Source: Octopus sinensis
Lineage: Eukaryota
Assembly: GCF_006345805.1 (NCBI RefSeq)
Contig: NC_042997.1
Coordinates: forward strand, 54,250,001 to 54,314,000
Direction: 5' to 3'
Length of the DNA: 64,000 bases
In this document: positions 13,860 through 25,688 of the stretch, in pieces
How the letters are laid out: each line of letters begins with the position of its first letter
How positions within the stretch are numbered: position 1 is the stretch's first letter
Notes under the pieces: model-generated
What the model was told of the DNA's origin: nothing
Databases searched by the model: none
The model's input: the letters and a program-made list of their open reading frames with translations, nothing else
Program-made: the position numbers and the translations under genes

Positions 13860-14429
13860 ATTATTATTATTATTGAGAGAGAGAGCAGTGCATGCCATCA
13901 AAGTGACACTGGGGTAAAATATACGAAGCCCAATATACCCATCATGACTACCCGTCTGATAAGGGTACACCAGGCACATGCATCACAACCATAATGTGCG
14001 CAACATGGTGATCTCATATCAAGATAAACAGCACATGACCTTGCAGGTGGGGCCCAGTTAGAATTTTCTTCAGGTTGAGTAACCCATCCCGCTCAAAAGG
14101 TCCCTGAATAAGGGTTGTTTAAGGATGTTGAAAGAACCACCCATGTTTCCAGAGGTGAATTATTCAAACCCCAAAGAATCCCTCTCAACACATGGCTATG
14201 ATGCTCCCCCTCTACTTCTGCTCATGATCAGAGATGCACATATCGTCAGCCACTAAGGGACATGCTCAACTGGTTAAAGTCAAACAACTGACAAGCAAAT
14301 CTGTGGTATTGAGCAGAATATTTGCTGTAGCCCATCTTTTATACCAAGACAAAACAATGTACATGATAACACTTCCAATCAGTTAAGATAAGAAGCCATG
14401 AGAGCCACTGCCTGGTACTGCATCAGGGC
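13860..14429 (-). mobile_element. Retroelement 3' end with (TAA)n tail, inserted in the TTA tail of a SINE fragment
   Basis: Non-coding ~570-bp block between two (TTA)n runs; family assignment is from memory only. Confidence 0.45.
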
Positions 14430-14436
14430 GGGGTAC

Positions 14437-14481
<45 letters not shown>

Positions 14482-14679
14482 TATTATTATTATTATTGTT
14501 TTCTTTTAGGTAGGGGAGCCATAAGATATTTATGGGTCTACAACAACATACTAGTTGAACTCAACTTTTAAGGCCTTGCCTCTATTTATATTGCAGTAGT
14601 CATCATATTATTGCCATTACATGTTTGTCAAAATCACCAGACATGATAATGCAGTTGTTGTCATTTGTTATGGAATAAT

Positions 14680-15130
14680 CAGTATGAAAGAGGACCTCAG
14701 AGAAACATCTTATGCACCTATTAATCCTGAATGTGGTGCATAAGCAGAAATCACAGTTGCTGTTGTGCTACCTAAAGCTAATTCAAGCTTAATTATTCTG
14801 TCACATATCCTGACTATCTCCGTTGCTTTATCCAGTTTCCTGTTAATAATATGCCTGCTCCACCCACTGTTCCTTGTGCATGAAATATCTGGCAGAAGGT
14901 TCACTCGATTCTATGTTTTTGATGCCATACATCAACTAGTAAATAGCATACATTTTGGAGCAGGTGCACAACTAGTACATGGTGCAAATCTGCTAGATGA
15001 CATTTATCTACTCATCTCCATTCTAGTAATTTTATAATCTCTCCAGATAATTTCAATATTGATGATGGTAGCCCTGAATTTTTGCACCTGACAGGAAGAG
15101 GATAGTCCTGGTGCTGTGTCACTTGTCTAT
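14680..15130 (-). mobile_element. Old LINE APE-endonuclease fragment
   Basis: IVRICDRIIKLELALGSTTATVISAYAPHSG resembles the APE of the RTE at 5.1 kb. Confidence 0.7.
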
Positions 15131-15989
15131 TTTCTGCATCTGAACAGAAAGGAGTTGGTGCAATTCTTTGGTATGATTGACATGAGTTCACACATGGCTA
15201 GATTTTCACACCTGGATACCCCTCTACCATACACATCACTACCATTTTAAGTACTAGATATACAGCAGTCAGGTATTTTTTTGTATTTGATTTGTAACTG
15301 TCATGATTTCACATGGTTTGTATTTGGCAAGGCACCCTTTCTATGAATGCCTGATTTATACCATGGTCAGGGTGCCTTTGCTAATGCCACTGGTATTAGA
15401 GAGGTGGTTTTTCAGAACTAAAGACTTCCCCTCCCTCCCCTCCACCCACCCCTCTCTCTTTCTCAATCAGTTTTTAATTTAGAGTTTCAGCTCACCTAGA
15501 TTTCACAGCAACTTCCTGAGTCCATGTCTACCTCTATGGCTGACTTTGTCTAAATTCCAAGATGGGTTAACTTCATTATAACTATATAGGCAACATCCTT
15601 CCTTTATGTTGGGTAGATTACATAGTTTATTAGATAGTCTTCACAGGTGGCAGCTTGCAGATGGGCAAAGCATTTTCTCAGGCAGAGATAGGGATGTTTA
15701 GTTGGGAACTGAGATGACCTTCATAACATTTTGTAAGGGGGAAAAAAGAAGGGCATTTACCTACTAACTATTGTACATGCATGTGCATATGTACAGACTT
15801 ATGTATTTATATACACTAGTATTATTAACTGCATTTGTATATATATGTATAATATATATATGCACGTGCACACAGATGTACATAAATATAGATAGATAGG
15901 AGAATAAATAGACAGATATACAGGTATACTTAGGAAGAGGAAGAGTCAAAAGTACAAGCTATGCACATATTTTGTAATGTAATGTGAAA

Positions 15990-16320
15990 TGTTCTGGATT
16001 GCAAAGAGAGAATTAAGATGCTGTTGGGAGAGATAGATGGAATAATAGCAGTGCACTTGCCTTAGTTATGCCAAAATGAAAGAATCCTGGAAATGCTACC
16101 TGAAGAGTTGGTTGAATGAAGAGAATGCATGGGAGAATTGTGATTCTGCTCCCAAAAGATTTAGCAGTGACCAGCTACTGAGGTTGAAAAGCTTTGCAGT
16201 GAAAATATGATGAGAGAAATGAAGGCTGAAAAAGCAACTGGAGCACCAGGGTAGTTGCTGTGATACTGAGAATATTTCGAGAAGTAGGTCATGCACTAAT
16301 CATAAATATATAGTCAATGA
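15990..16320 (+). mobile_element. Old RTE linker fragment
   Basis: Reads ESWKCYLKSWLNEENAW and MKAEKATGAPG, the decayed W..YE.LLNEEN.W and MK.GKA.GP motifs. Confidence 0.55.
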
Positions 16321-16753
16321 ATGAGTACTGAGAGATGTTATACCCAACAATTGGTTGTGTCTGATCATGAAGGGGCCTGTTAACAAGAGACAGGTGATAG
16401 GATTTGAATTCAAAATGCACAGATCTGAAACATATATTGCAAGGCATCTCCTGCAATCCCACAATACTCAATCGTTTTGTCCATATCCTGTCCTGGATAG
16501 GCTCTTTATCAACCCCAAAAGGAAGAAAGGCAAATTAATTCAAGTGTGATCTGAACTCAAAGGGTGTAGCTCAATATATATAGATATATGTATGTATATG
16601 TGTGTATGTAGGTATATAATTTAATATTTTGCATAGGCATAGCAATACTAATAACTTGGTGTTAGAACACAATATACATGTTTCAATATGCAAGTATATA
16701 TATATTACATCTCTCTCTCTCTTTCTCTCTTTCTTTTTCTCTCTGTCTCCCTC

Positions 16754-16988
<235 letters not shown>

Positions 16989-16989
16989 A

Positions 16990-17220
16990 GGGCGGCGAGC
17001 TGGCAGAAACGTTAGCTAGCTGGGCGAAATGCGTAGCCGTATTTCGTCTGTCGTTACATTCTGAGTTCAAATTCCGCCGAGGTCGACTTTGCCTTTCATC
17101 CTTTCAGGGTCGATAAATTAAGTACCAGTTTCGCACTGGGGTCGATGTAATCGACTTAATCCCTTTGTCTGTCTTTGTTTGTCCCCTCTATGTTTAGCCC
17201 CTTGTGGGTAGTAAACAAAT
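16990..17220 (+). mobile_element. tRNA-derived SINE family B, full length
   Basis: ggcggcgagctggcagaaacgttag...gagttcaaattcc (B box). Other copies at about 8540-8755, 9960-10100, 23000-23200, 48630-48925 and 57590-57800. Confidence 0.88.
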
Positions 17221-17233
17221 ATATATATATATG

Positions 17234-17533
17234 TATTAGAAGAAATGAGGTAATCAGAAGATCGGATGGTTTATATTTACAGATATTTATTTATATATTA
17301 CATTTTTTATATATATATCATATCACTTAGATCATTAGTGCTTTCTCCCATTCTAGTGGGGTTTTCAAATGAAATATAGATAGATAGGTTTTTTTGATTT
17401 GAAAACCCCACTAGAATGGGAGAAAGCGCTAATGATCTAAGTGATATGATATATATATAAAAAATGTAATATATAAATAAATATCTGTAAATATAAACCA
17501 TCCGATCTTCTGATTACCTCATTTCTTCTAATA
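17234..17533. repeat. Fold-back inverted repeat, 137-bp arms, 26-bp spacer, 1 mismatch
   Basis: 17234-17370 is the reverse complement of 17397-17533 except tagtgc versus tagcgc. Confidence 0.95.
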
Positions 17534-17574
17534 TATATACACTTAATAATCAAGGGAGTTTCAGTGTGGATACT

Positions 17575-18104
17575 TAGGCAGGTGGTCAGATGTTAGGGCT
17601 GATGTGGTCACAGAAATTGTCTGACAACCATGACTGGGTTCTCCTGCTTGTGTGGCATGGTGCAGAGTTCTGTTGCCAGACAGAAGGTCTTCCAGCTGCT
17701 CTATCTCCTCCAGGCACTTGATGTAAGTCTTCATGTTGAGTCTGAGGCCATGTGAGAAGATTAATGGAGGCATAACATCTCCATCACTAGTGATCACTCC
17801 AAACACCATGATGTTGTGTGGATGTTTGATTTTTATCACTCTTGGTACATGTTTTGGGGACAGTGCAAGCCAACAGTTGTTCTGTGTGTTCACCATCTGT
17901 TTGTATTGACGCTTCCAGTACAAATGCCAAGCACTACAGCATGTTGTTTCCAAATTTCTGGCAGAGTGAATTGTATCATGGTTCTGTCTTCCTCACAGAT
18001 AGTGCCCAACTGATCCTACTATACTGTGTCAATAAAATCAAAAACAAACAAGGTACATGCATGAAATTAAATATGTAAAATGGCGACAATTTACCCGTTG
18101 CACA

Positions 18105-18107
<3 letters not shown>
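17575..18107 (-). mobile_element. Tc1/mariner DD37D (maT) 5' fragment with TIR, internally deleted
   Basis: QNNCWLALSP...HNIMVFGVITSDGDVMPPLIFSHGLRLN...IKCLEE; the TIR (- strand CAGTGTGCAACGGGTAAATTGTC) ends at 18107 next to a TA run. Confidence 0.88.
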
Positions 18108-18170
<63 letters not shown>

Positions 18171-18321
18171 GTTTCAGTAAAAGCAATTAAGATTCAAGTG
18201 AGTTCCAATGAATTCACATGAATGCGGTACTTAACTTAGATGCACCAGAAATCTCTATGGTATTAACCATAAAATAATGTGGGGTTATTATAAACAAGAA
18301 AAAAGCAACAAGAATGGATTA

Positions 18322-18418
18322 GTTTTTCAGTACAATTGTTTCATACGAAGAACAGCTTTATTAAAAGCTGCAAATATTGCAGCAAATACAAGTGTCCCGT
18401 ACTCATCAGCCAAAACAC
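18322..18418 (-). ncRNA. Minimal type I hammerhead ribozyme (Penelope-like-element type)
   Basis: The - strand reads gtgttttgg CTGATGA gtacg [50 nt] cgtat GAAA C AATT G TA ctgaaaaac. All core nucleotides are present, stems I and II can pair, and stem III is palindromic. Confidence 0.78.
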
Positions 18419-18749
18419 ATATGAGTTTTCCAAACATCCTAGGGGGGGAGGCTACCCTCATGAAGTATCGAAGAGAGTTCTATAAAAAGCAAATTTAGAT
18501 TGTAAGCAGACTTCCAAAGTTCTCTAATGATGCACAGTTTTATAAAAGGTTTTAAAAAAGCTTGTTAGCTTCACAGAAAATGTAAATCCATCCATAATAA
18601 TGTAGGTGTAATTTCCGGAGATATGAGGAGATATTTCATACTCAGAGACGATGAATTTATCCATAATAAAGTAGGTATAATTTCCTGATATATGAGAAGA
18701 TGCTGATCACATTTCTGTTCATTTCACATAATTCCAACATAGTAGTTTA

Positions 18750-19300
18750 GAGAACTTTGGAAGTCTCAGTGAGGCCTAATGTTCGAAGGTCGGGCTTCAC
18801 CACCTCATCCCAGGTTTTCCTGGGTCTACCTCTTACACAGGTTCCCTCAACCACTAGGGTGTGGCAATTTTTCACACAGCTATCCTCATCTATTCTCGCC
18901 ACATGACCATACCAGTGCAGTCTTTCTTGCACACTCCATCTGATGCTTCTTAGGTCCAACTTTTCTCTCAAGGTACTTACACTCTGTCGAGTATGAACAC
19001 TGACATTACACATCCATCGGAGCATACTGGCTTCATTTCTTGCGAGCTTACGCATATCCTCAGCAGTCACGGCCCATTTTTCACTACCATGTAGCATGGC
19101 TGTTTGTACACATGTGTCATACAGTCTACCTTTTATTCTGAGTGAGAGGTCCTTTGTCATCAGCAGAGGTAAGAGCCCTCTGAACTTTGCCCAGGCTATT
19201 CTTATTCTGGCAGAGCTCTCTGAACTTTGCCCAGGCTATTCTTATTCTGGCAGCTACACTTTCAGTGCACCCGCCCCCACTACTGACTTGGTCATGTAGG
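18750..19300 (-). mobile_element. RTE ORF C-terminal fragment with a 40-bp internal tandem duplication
   Basis: [18 protein letters not shown]...LHWYGHV...[12 protein letters not shown]. Confidence 0.9.
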
Positions 19301-19748
19301 TAACAGAAGCAATCAATTACTTTTAGTTTTTCTCCCTGGAATGTGGCAGTTGTTCTCTGCGCATTTTCAGTGTTTATATCTTTTCATATCTTCATTTGTA
19401 TTTTATGCGTAACATTCACCTGAATTTTTGTCATTCATATTAGTTTCCATTTGTCTCTTAATCATCTTAAGTTGGAATATATAATGATAGATAAAGTTAT
19501 AAACGGGGGATAGGTGGACCTGAAGATTGGGGTTGTATATAAGGGGAGGTTCTGTAAGAGACTGTGTGTCTCAGGAACATAGTATACAACCTCATAAAAC
19601 ATATGTAGTCATAAACGTTGAACACAAATAGTAAGTAATGGTGGAATTTGTATTCTGATTTGTTGAATTTTATGGGGATTTCTGCCTCTAATTGATACTT
19701 TGATATATATATATATAGAGAGAGAGAGATAGATAGGTATATAGTTGA

Positions 19749-19800
19749 GGTTATAAGAGAAGGATATAATTAATAAATATCCTGGAAACAGCTGTAAGAC
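19749..19800 (+). ncRNA. Degenerate hammerhead remnant (3' half intact)
   Basis: aggatat-aattaataa-atatcct hairpin followed by GAAA C AGCT G TA; the CUGANGA box is decayed to ataaga. Confidence 0.45.
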
Positions 19801-19923
19801 CTTCTATCTATAAATGTTCTAATATCTACACACCCTTGGTTTCTTTATCTCATTACGCAAAAAATTCTTATATATATATATATATATATACACACACATG
19901 CATATATATATATATATATACAT

Positions 19924-19934
19924 ATGCACACACA

Positions 19935-20033
<99 letters not shown>

Positions 20034-20040
20034 TACACAT
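19924..20040. repeat. (CA)n microsatellite
   Basis: Read directly. Confidence 0.98.
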
Positions 20041-21095
20041 ATATATAATACTAGCAATGCATCCTACTGTTGCCCAAGTGTTATGACCTACAGCCACATT
20101 GTATTATTGGTTCCTTTCTTATGGGCAGAATCAGCACAGCTGATATATAGTGAAGTGGATTACTGGCATAATGGAAGTTATTATATGTTTAAAAGTGAAG
20201 GTGAATGGGGTACAGTTTGCATGGATTTGCATCACAAACTATGTATCGTTTCATTGTATAAAAGTGGATTAATACAATCAAATCGTGTTTTCAAAATTTT
20301 AATTTTCCCCCGTCATGTCTAACTTTTTCAGTTTTGATTTTTTATCCATATTGAAAAAATACAGAGATTACGAACCTGGGAAATATATATTTTTTTTTTA
20401 AAGTTTAATTTTTATTAAAGAAACACTCATTGCTCCTTCCTCCACCTCACCCACCCATCATCCACCTGCTTTCAAAGAGCTAGAACCTCCCAATGTTTCA
20501 CTTTCATCTGATGTTTCATGCATGTATAGAATTGTACTGAAATAACAGATGTAAAAATACCAGACCACCACCAGAAAACCCAACATGCTAGAAACAACAG
20601 GTAAATGATGTTATTTCTAAAAAAACTTCCCTGCTTTCCAGAAAGCTAAAAGTGAAACATTGGGAGTTTGTAACTTTTTGAAAGTGGTGAGATGATGGGT
20701 GGATGTTTGGGAAGGAGATTTTAGTGTTTCTTTTTAGTGTTTTGTTTTGTTTTTTTTTCTGTGGATTACCAAGAAAAAAATTTGGAAATAAAATAAATAA
20801 ATAAATGAAGAAATTGGGGTGAGGAGGAAGAAAATTCAAATATTGAGAATGCATTTTTTGAGCAAAATTCTAATCTCCTGTATTGAAAACATAGGAATCG
20901 GAAGAAATTTAGGAAAAGAATAAGGTGGGTGTGCAAATGTCACCTCGGACATGCTAGAAACAACAGGTAAAGGAGAGGATTTCTGGGAAAACTTCCTTTT
21001 AAGTTTGTATCAAAGATCAGGTTTTTGAAATATGCTTATCACAAACACAAATTACAGAATAGAAAAAGGTGATTTCAATTGGATTTCAGCTGTAA

Positions 21096-21141
<46 letters not shown>

Positions 21142-22283
21142 ATGCATGCCAAAGGAAATTATTTTATGGCATTCTTTTGCTTGAATTAGCAAAGTTGTCA
21201 ACTCAGTCATATGGTCGATCATATGGGATCATATGATTGTTCGTTAATTTCCATAAAAATTTTTTATTTCTTTATGCTTCGAAGAGAAGAGAAAGTAAAA
21301 AGGCAACATTTGCTTTGAAGTGAGAGCAGAAACTGAAAGAGAGGAGAAAGTGAAAAGGTGACATTTGCTTTGAAGTGAGAGCAGAAAATGAAAGATGTGT
21401 GGGTGTGTGTGTGCATGAGAGAGAGAGAGAAGAGTGAAGGTATCATGTATGTGTAAGTGGTACTCACTCGCTCTCTCTCTCTCTCTCTCTTTCACACACA
21501 CACATTACCTTTCATACACGCATACATAAATGCATATGCATACATCATTTTTTGGATGTATGTGTACATGTGCATGTGAGAGAGAGAGAGTGAGTGACTG
21601 TATTTCCTCATAACATACAGAGAAATGGATGTCTTAATGATTTTTTTTTTGGTTGTGTCTTACTTTTATACAATATTTATGCGTGCATTTTCATAAATGT
21701 TTGTCTGAGTAGAATTCTATGCATGCATGGAACATCAGATGACAGTGAAACATTAGAAGCAAATTGAAATATTGACCAAAAAGGACTTCAAAATTGTGCA
21801 ATCCGACCCATGTTTCTGAGGTTATTTTAGTAGTAGAAAAGAGTTGTTGTGCCATAAACATAATTTACTTGATAGCCTTTATATATATAAATAGATGATA
21901 AGCAGCTTTCTTCATTATAGTATAGATGTGACTAATTCAGAGAAACATTACTTTTATTATTTACACATCGTTATTCTCGTAATGCAACACTTTGTAATTT
22001 TGATTCAGATTGGAAGTGTGAAACCTGGTCATTGAAAGTGTGAAACCTGTTCGTTGTAAAGCAATGTCTTTCAAATAACTATAGCTGGTTGCTGTGATAA
22101 TGCAGGAAATATGTAAATGAAAATAAAGTTTATTTGGTAGCTGAAAGATTATTGAATCTTCTGACACCCCATATGTCAAAATCGGCAACTCAGTTTTTGA
22201 ATGCATATGGAACATATGTACACATACACACAAACTCTCTTTTATATTTATATTTATATTTATATTTATAGTTATATATATAT

Positions 22284-22497
22284 ATACACAACTATGAGAG
22301 AGAATCCACTATGTGGACGCTCTTACGCTAGATATAGATCCGCAAAGGGACTCAACCACTAAGAATTGTTCTCAAGAAATAATTCAGCAAGCCAATAATT
22401 ATTTCTTGAGAACAATTCTTAGTGGTTGAATCCCTTTGTGGATCTATATCTAGCGTAAGAGCATCCACATAGTGGATTCTCTCTCATAGTTGTGTAT
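22284..22497. repeat. Fold-back inverted repeat, 101-bp arms, 12-bp spacer, 3 transition mismatches
   Basis: 22284-22384 is the reverse complement of 22397-22497. Confidence 0.95.
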
Positions 22498-22604
22498 TAA
22501 TAATATTTACTGAATCTCAGTCTTTATACGCTGGGCCACTGGTTTTTAAATTGATGTTATTAAATTAATATCCAATTTTTTCACCCTCTTTTTGACATTA
22601 TATA

Positions 22605-22885
22605 TCATCATCATCATCATCATCATCATCGTTTAGCGTCCGCTTTCCATGTTAGCATGGGTTGGACAGTTCAACTGGGTTCTGGGAAGCCAGAAGGCTG
22701 CACCAGGTCCAGTCTGATCTGGCAATGTTTCTATGGCTGGATGCCCTTCCTAACGCCAACCACTCCATGAGTGTAGAGGGTGCTTTTTACATGTCACCGG
22801 CACAGGTGCCAGATGAGTCTGGCAAACGGCCACGATCGGATGGTGCTTTTTATGTGCCACCGGCACAAGGGCCAGGCGAGATATA
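22605..22885 (-). mobile_element. RTE 3' UTR fragment with (CAT)n tail
   Basis: catcatc gtttagcgtccgctttccatgttagcatgggttggac. Confidence 0.8.
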
Positions 22886-24569
22886 TATATATATTGGACT
22901 CTCACATCAAGGATGATGTATGAGTGTTCAGCTTTTGCCAAACGACCTGCACAAATTTCTGTAATTTAAATATAATATTATTATCCATTCTTATTTTGGC
23001 ACAAGGCTAGTAATTTTGCAGGGAGGAGTAAGTCAATTATATTGACTCCACCCAGTGCTTAACTAGTACTTCCTTTATCAACTCTGAAAGGATGAAAGGC
23101 AAAGCTGACTTCAATGGAATTTGAACTAAGAACATAAACACAGATAAAATGCTTAGTGGCATTTTGTCCAGCATGCTAATGACTCTGTCGGCTCACTGGC
23201 TTAAACAGAGTTATGGTAATGAGTTTAATGTATGCAGTGCTTAAATGTACAACTCACCAGGAAAGGGTAAAAGAGGGGACAGAAAGCAGCTAAGTAAAGA
23301 AAGATAACAATGAAAGCTAAAAGTGCATGCACAGTACACAGAATAACACACAAAAAAGATTGAAAAGAGAACAGTAAATGAGCCATAAAGAGAAAAGGGT
23401 ACTGGAATAGTGTTGGCAAATTTCAAGAAGCATGGAACTTTTGAAGTAAGTAGTGTCTTGACAGTTACCAGCCAATGTGAATAGTTTATTTGATGCCTCA
23501 ACAATCCTAAGCATGAAAGAATATTTCCTAAAGTTTTAGGATTTGCTGTTATTTTGATTTTTCTAAGCCTGTTCATGAGTGGTAAAGATGTTGAATTCAA
23601 AATGTGGGCAAAGTTATTATTGAAAAGATAATAGATAATCTTGTGAGTCTTTACAAAGTCAGCTGCTAGATGTCTAAATACTAAATTAAATAAATATAAA
23701 ATGGTGTTTCTAAAACTTGTAAATAAATTTAGATCAACAAAATAATATTTTAGAATAATGATTTTTCATTCAAATATTCTACTTCTTTCACAGTGCTCTA
23801 TTTAGTCCTTCAAAAGGCTGCTGGATTTTCACTTCTGGCCTGGGGTATAATTTAACTGCCAATTCAAAAATATGATTTAATTTTGAATTCTTGTATTACA
23901 GAAGCTGACTTAGCTGTCTAGTTGGACCAGTTCATGTTTTGTACCAATTTAGAAAATATGCAAAGCCTCTGTGTGTGTATGTGTGTGTAGTAGAAAAATG
24001 TAAGACCACTGAAATTTGAGAAATTTTTACACCAGTGTAGTTAGTTGTACATAATGTAAGTAAAGTTTACTGTAATATATACTAATCCAGTTTACAAATG
24101 GATAAACACAAATCAGTGGTAAAATCTGTATTCAGATTAAGATGTTATTCTATGCAAGTTGACTAAATATTAAGGGGAACAGATGCTATAAGCAGTGTTT
24201 TGTTGATGTAACTATCAAGTAAAAGTGAAGTTTACCACTTGAAATTTTTGGATGAACTAAAATTGTTAGCAAGGAAATTTTTATGAAGAATAACATTGGT
24301 TATTCTATATACATTTTACTGGAAATGCCTTGTTACTTAATGTTGTTTTAAAATGGCTTTTAGTTGGGTTTCTTATAAGTTTGCTATTTATACCCAAATT
24401 TTCATTAAAAATTTTTGAATTTTAACTATTGTAGAATAACAAGGGTATAATGAATTATAATAGTTTTAAAAAGTCTTAACTTGACTTGATTTAAATTTCA
24501 ATCTGTGTGCAAATAATGTTTGAATTAGTCTAGAAACAATATTGAAACAAGTCTCCTTAGAAGAGATGT

Positions 24570-25045
24570 TAGTAAAAAAGGCCATATTCACTATCTCCAA
24601 TTCAGATTTCATGCTTATCTTCACCTATGGTCATGGATGTTGGGTAATGGCCAAAAGATTATGATTGCAAAGACATGCAGCTGAAATAGGGTTCCTCAAC
24701 AAGGTACATGGCTCAGAGATCAAACAGAGCCAGTGCTTCTCTGCATTGAGAGATCATAGCTTCAGTACTATGGACATGTGATTACGATGTCATGGGAAAG
24801 AATCACAAGGCAAATTCTTCAAGCTAAGCCATCCAGCTAGAGACCTAGGTATAGATCGAGAATGAGATGGTTAGATAATATCCATAGTATCAGTTGGTCA
24901 TGCTTGAGAATCCTGCCAGAAAATCTAATGATGGTTGCTAATGATTATAGGACCCTATGAAGGAGATACCTGTAGTCTCTACCCCACTCCCCATGAGCCT
25001 CCCACAAATAGATTGTAGAGAAGATGGATGGATGGATGGTGGGTG
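24570..25045 (+). mobile_element. Old RTE-type LINE 3' end with (GATG)n tail
   Basis: TYGHGCWVMAKR, LQYYGHVITM...RITRQILQAKP, RMRWLDNI, then gatggatggatgg. Confidence 0.65.
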
Positions 25046-25688
25046 GGTGGGTTATGGCCCCATCAGTCTTTTTGTGAAAGTTTGTGTTTATCACATATTG
25101 TAAAATATGTGGATATATGGGGTTCTTTGGTTAAGATGGCTGGTCTTAGGAGATGATTTGTTGGAAATCTTTATGCAGATAAAAGCACAAATATTAATTT
25201 CTAGTAAAAGACAATTGACAATACATAGCAAAATCACAATGTGAAACTTAAAAGAAATATTGTTTCCTATCCTTTTTAGCTGCAAAAATATCAATCATCA
25301 GCAGGCACATTGGCATTCTTTCATTCAATATTTCGTACTTTCTCAATGTTTAGTTGCATTTGACCTTTTGAACTCCTTAAATGTGTTTTCATTTGCTTAC
25401 ATTTGTTCAGGGAGCCCTCTGTAAAAAACAGTATAGCAGGATCAGTCGCCAAGATACCAGTAATTTTGATCTGAACTGGCAGTTTACTATAAAGATTGTT
25501 CTTGTAAATAATTTCAACAATACAGTTATTTGTGAATTTGATGGATAAATATTTCATATCCAACCTTGTCGTAGATTGCCTTAAATCAAGATCAGTGTCA
25601 TAGCGTAATTAATTGTTCTGAGTCACCTGATGCATCAACATTTTAGATAATATAACCAAATGCTCAAAATTCCTCTTGGATTTAATCA

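Noticed and set aside
21624-21695. MDVLMIFFLVVSYFYTIFMRAFS as the ADAMTS signal peptide
   Set aside because: It ends in TAA with no usable donor, and shifting the T10 homopolymer by one base either way still hits stops.
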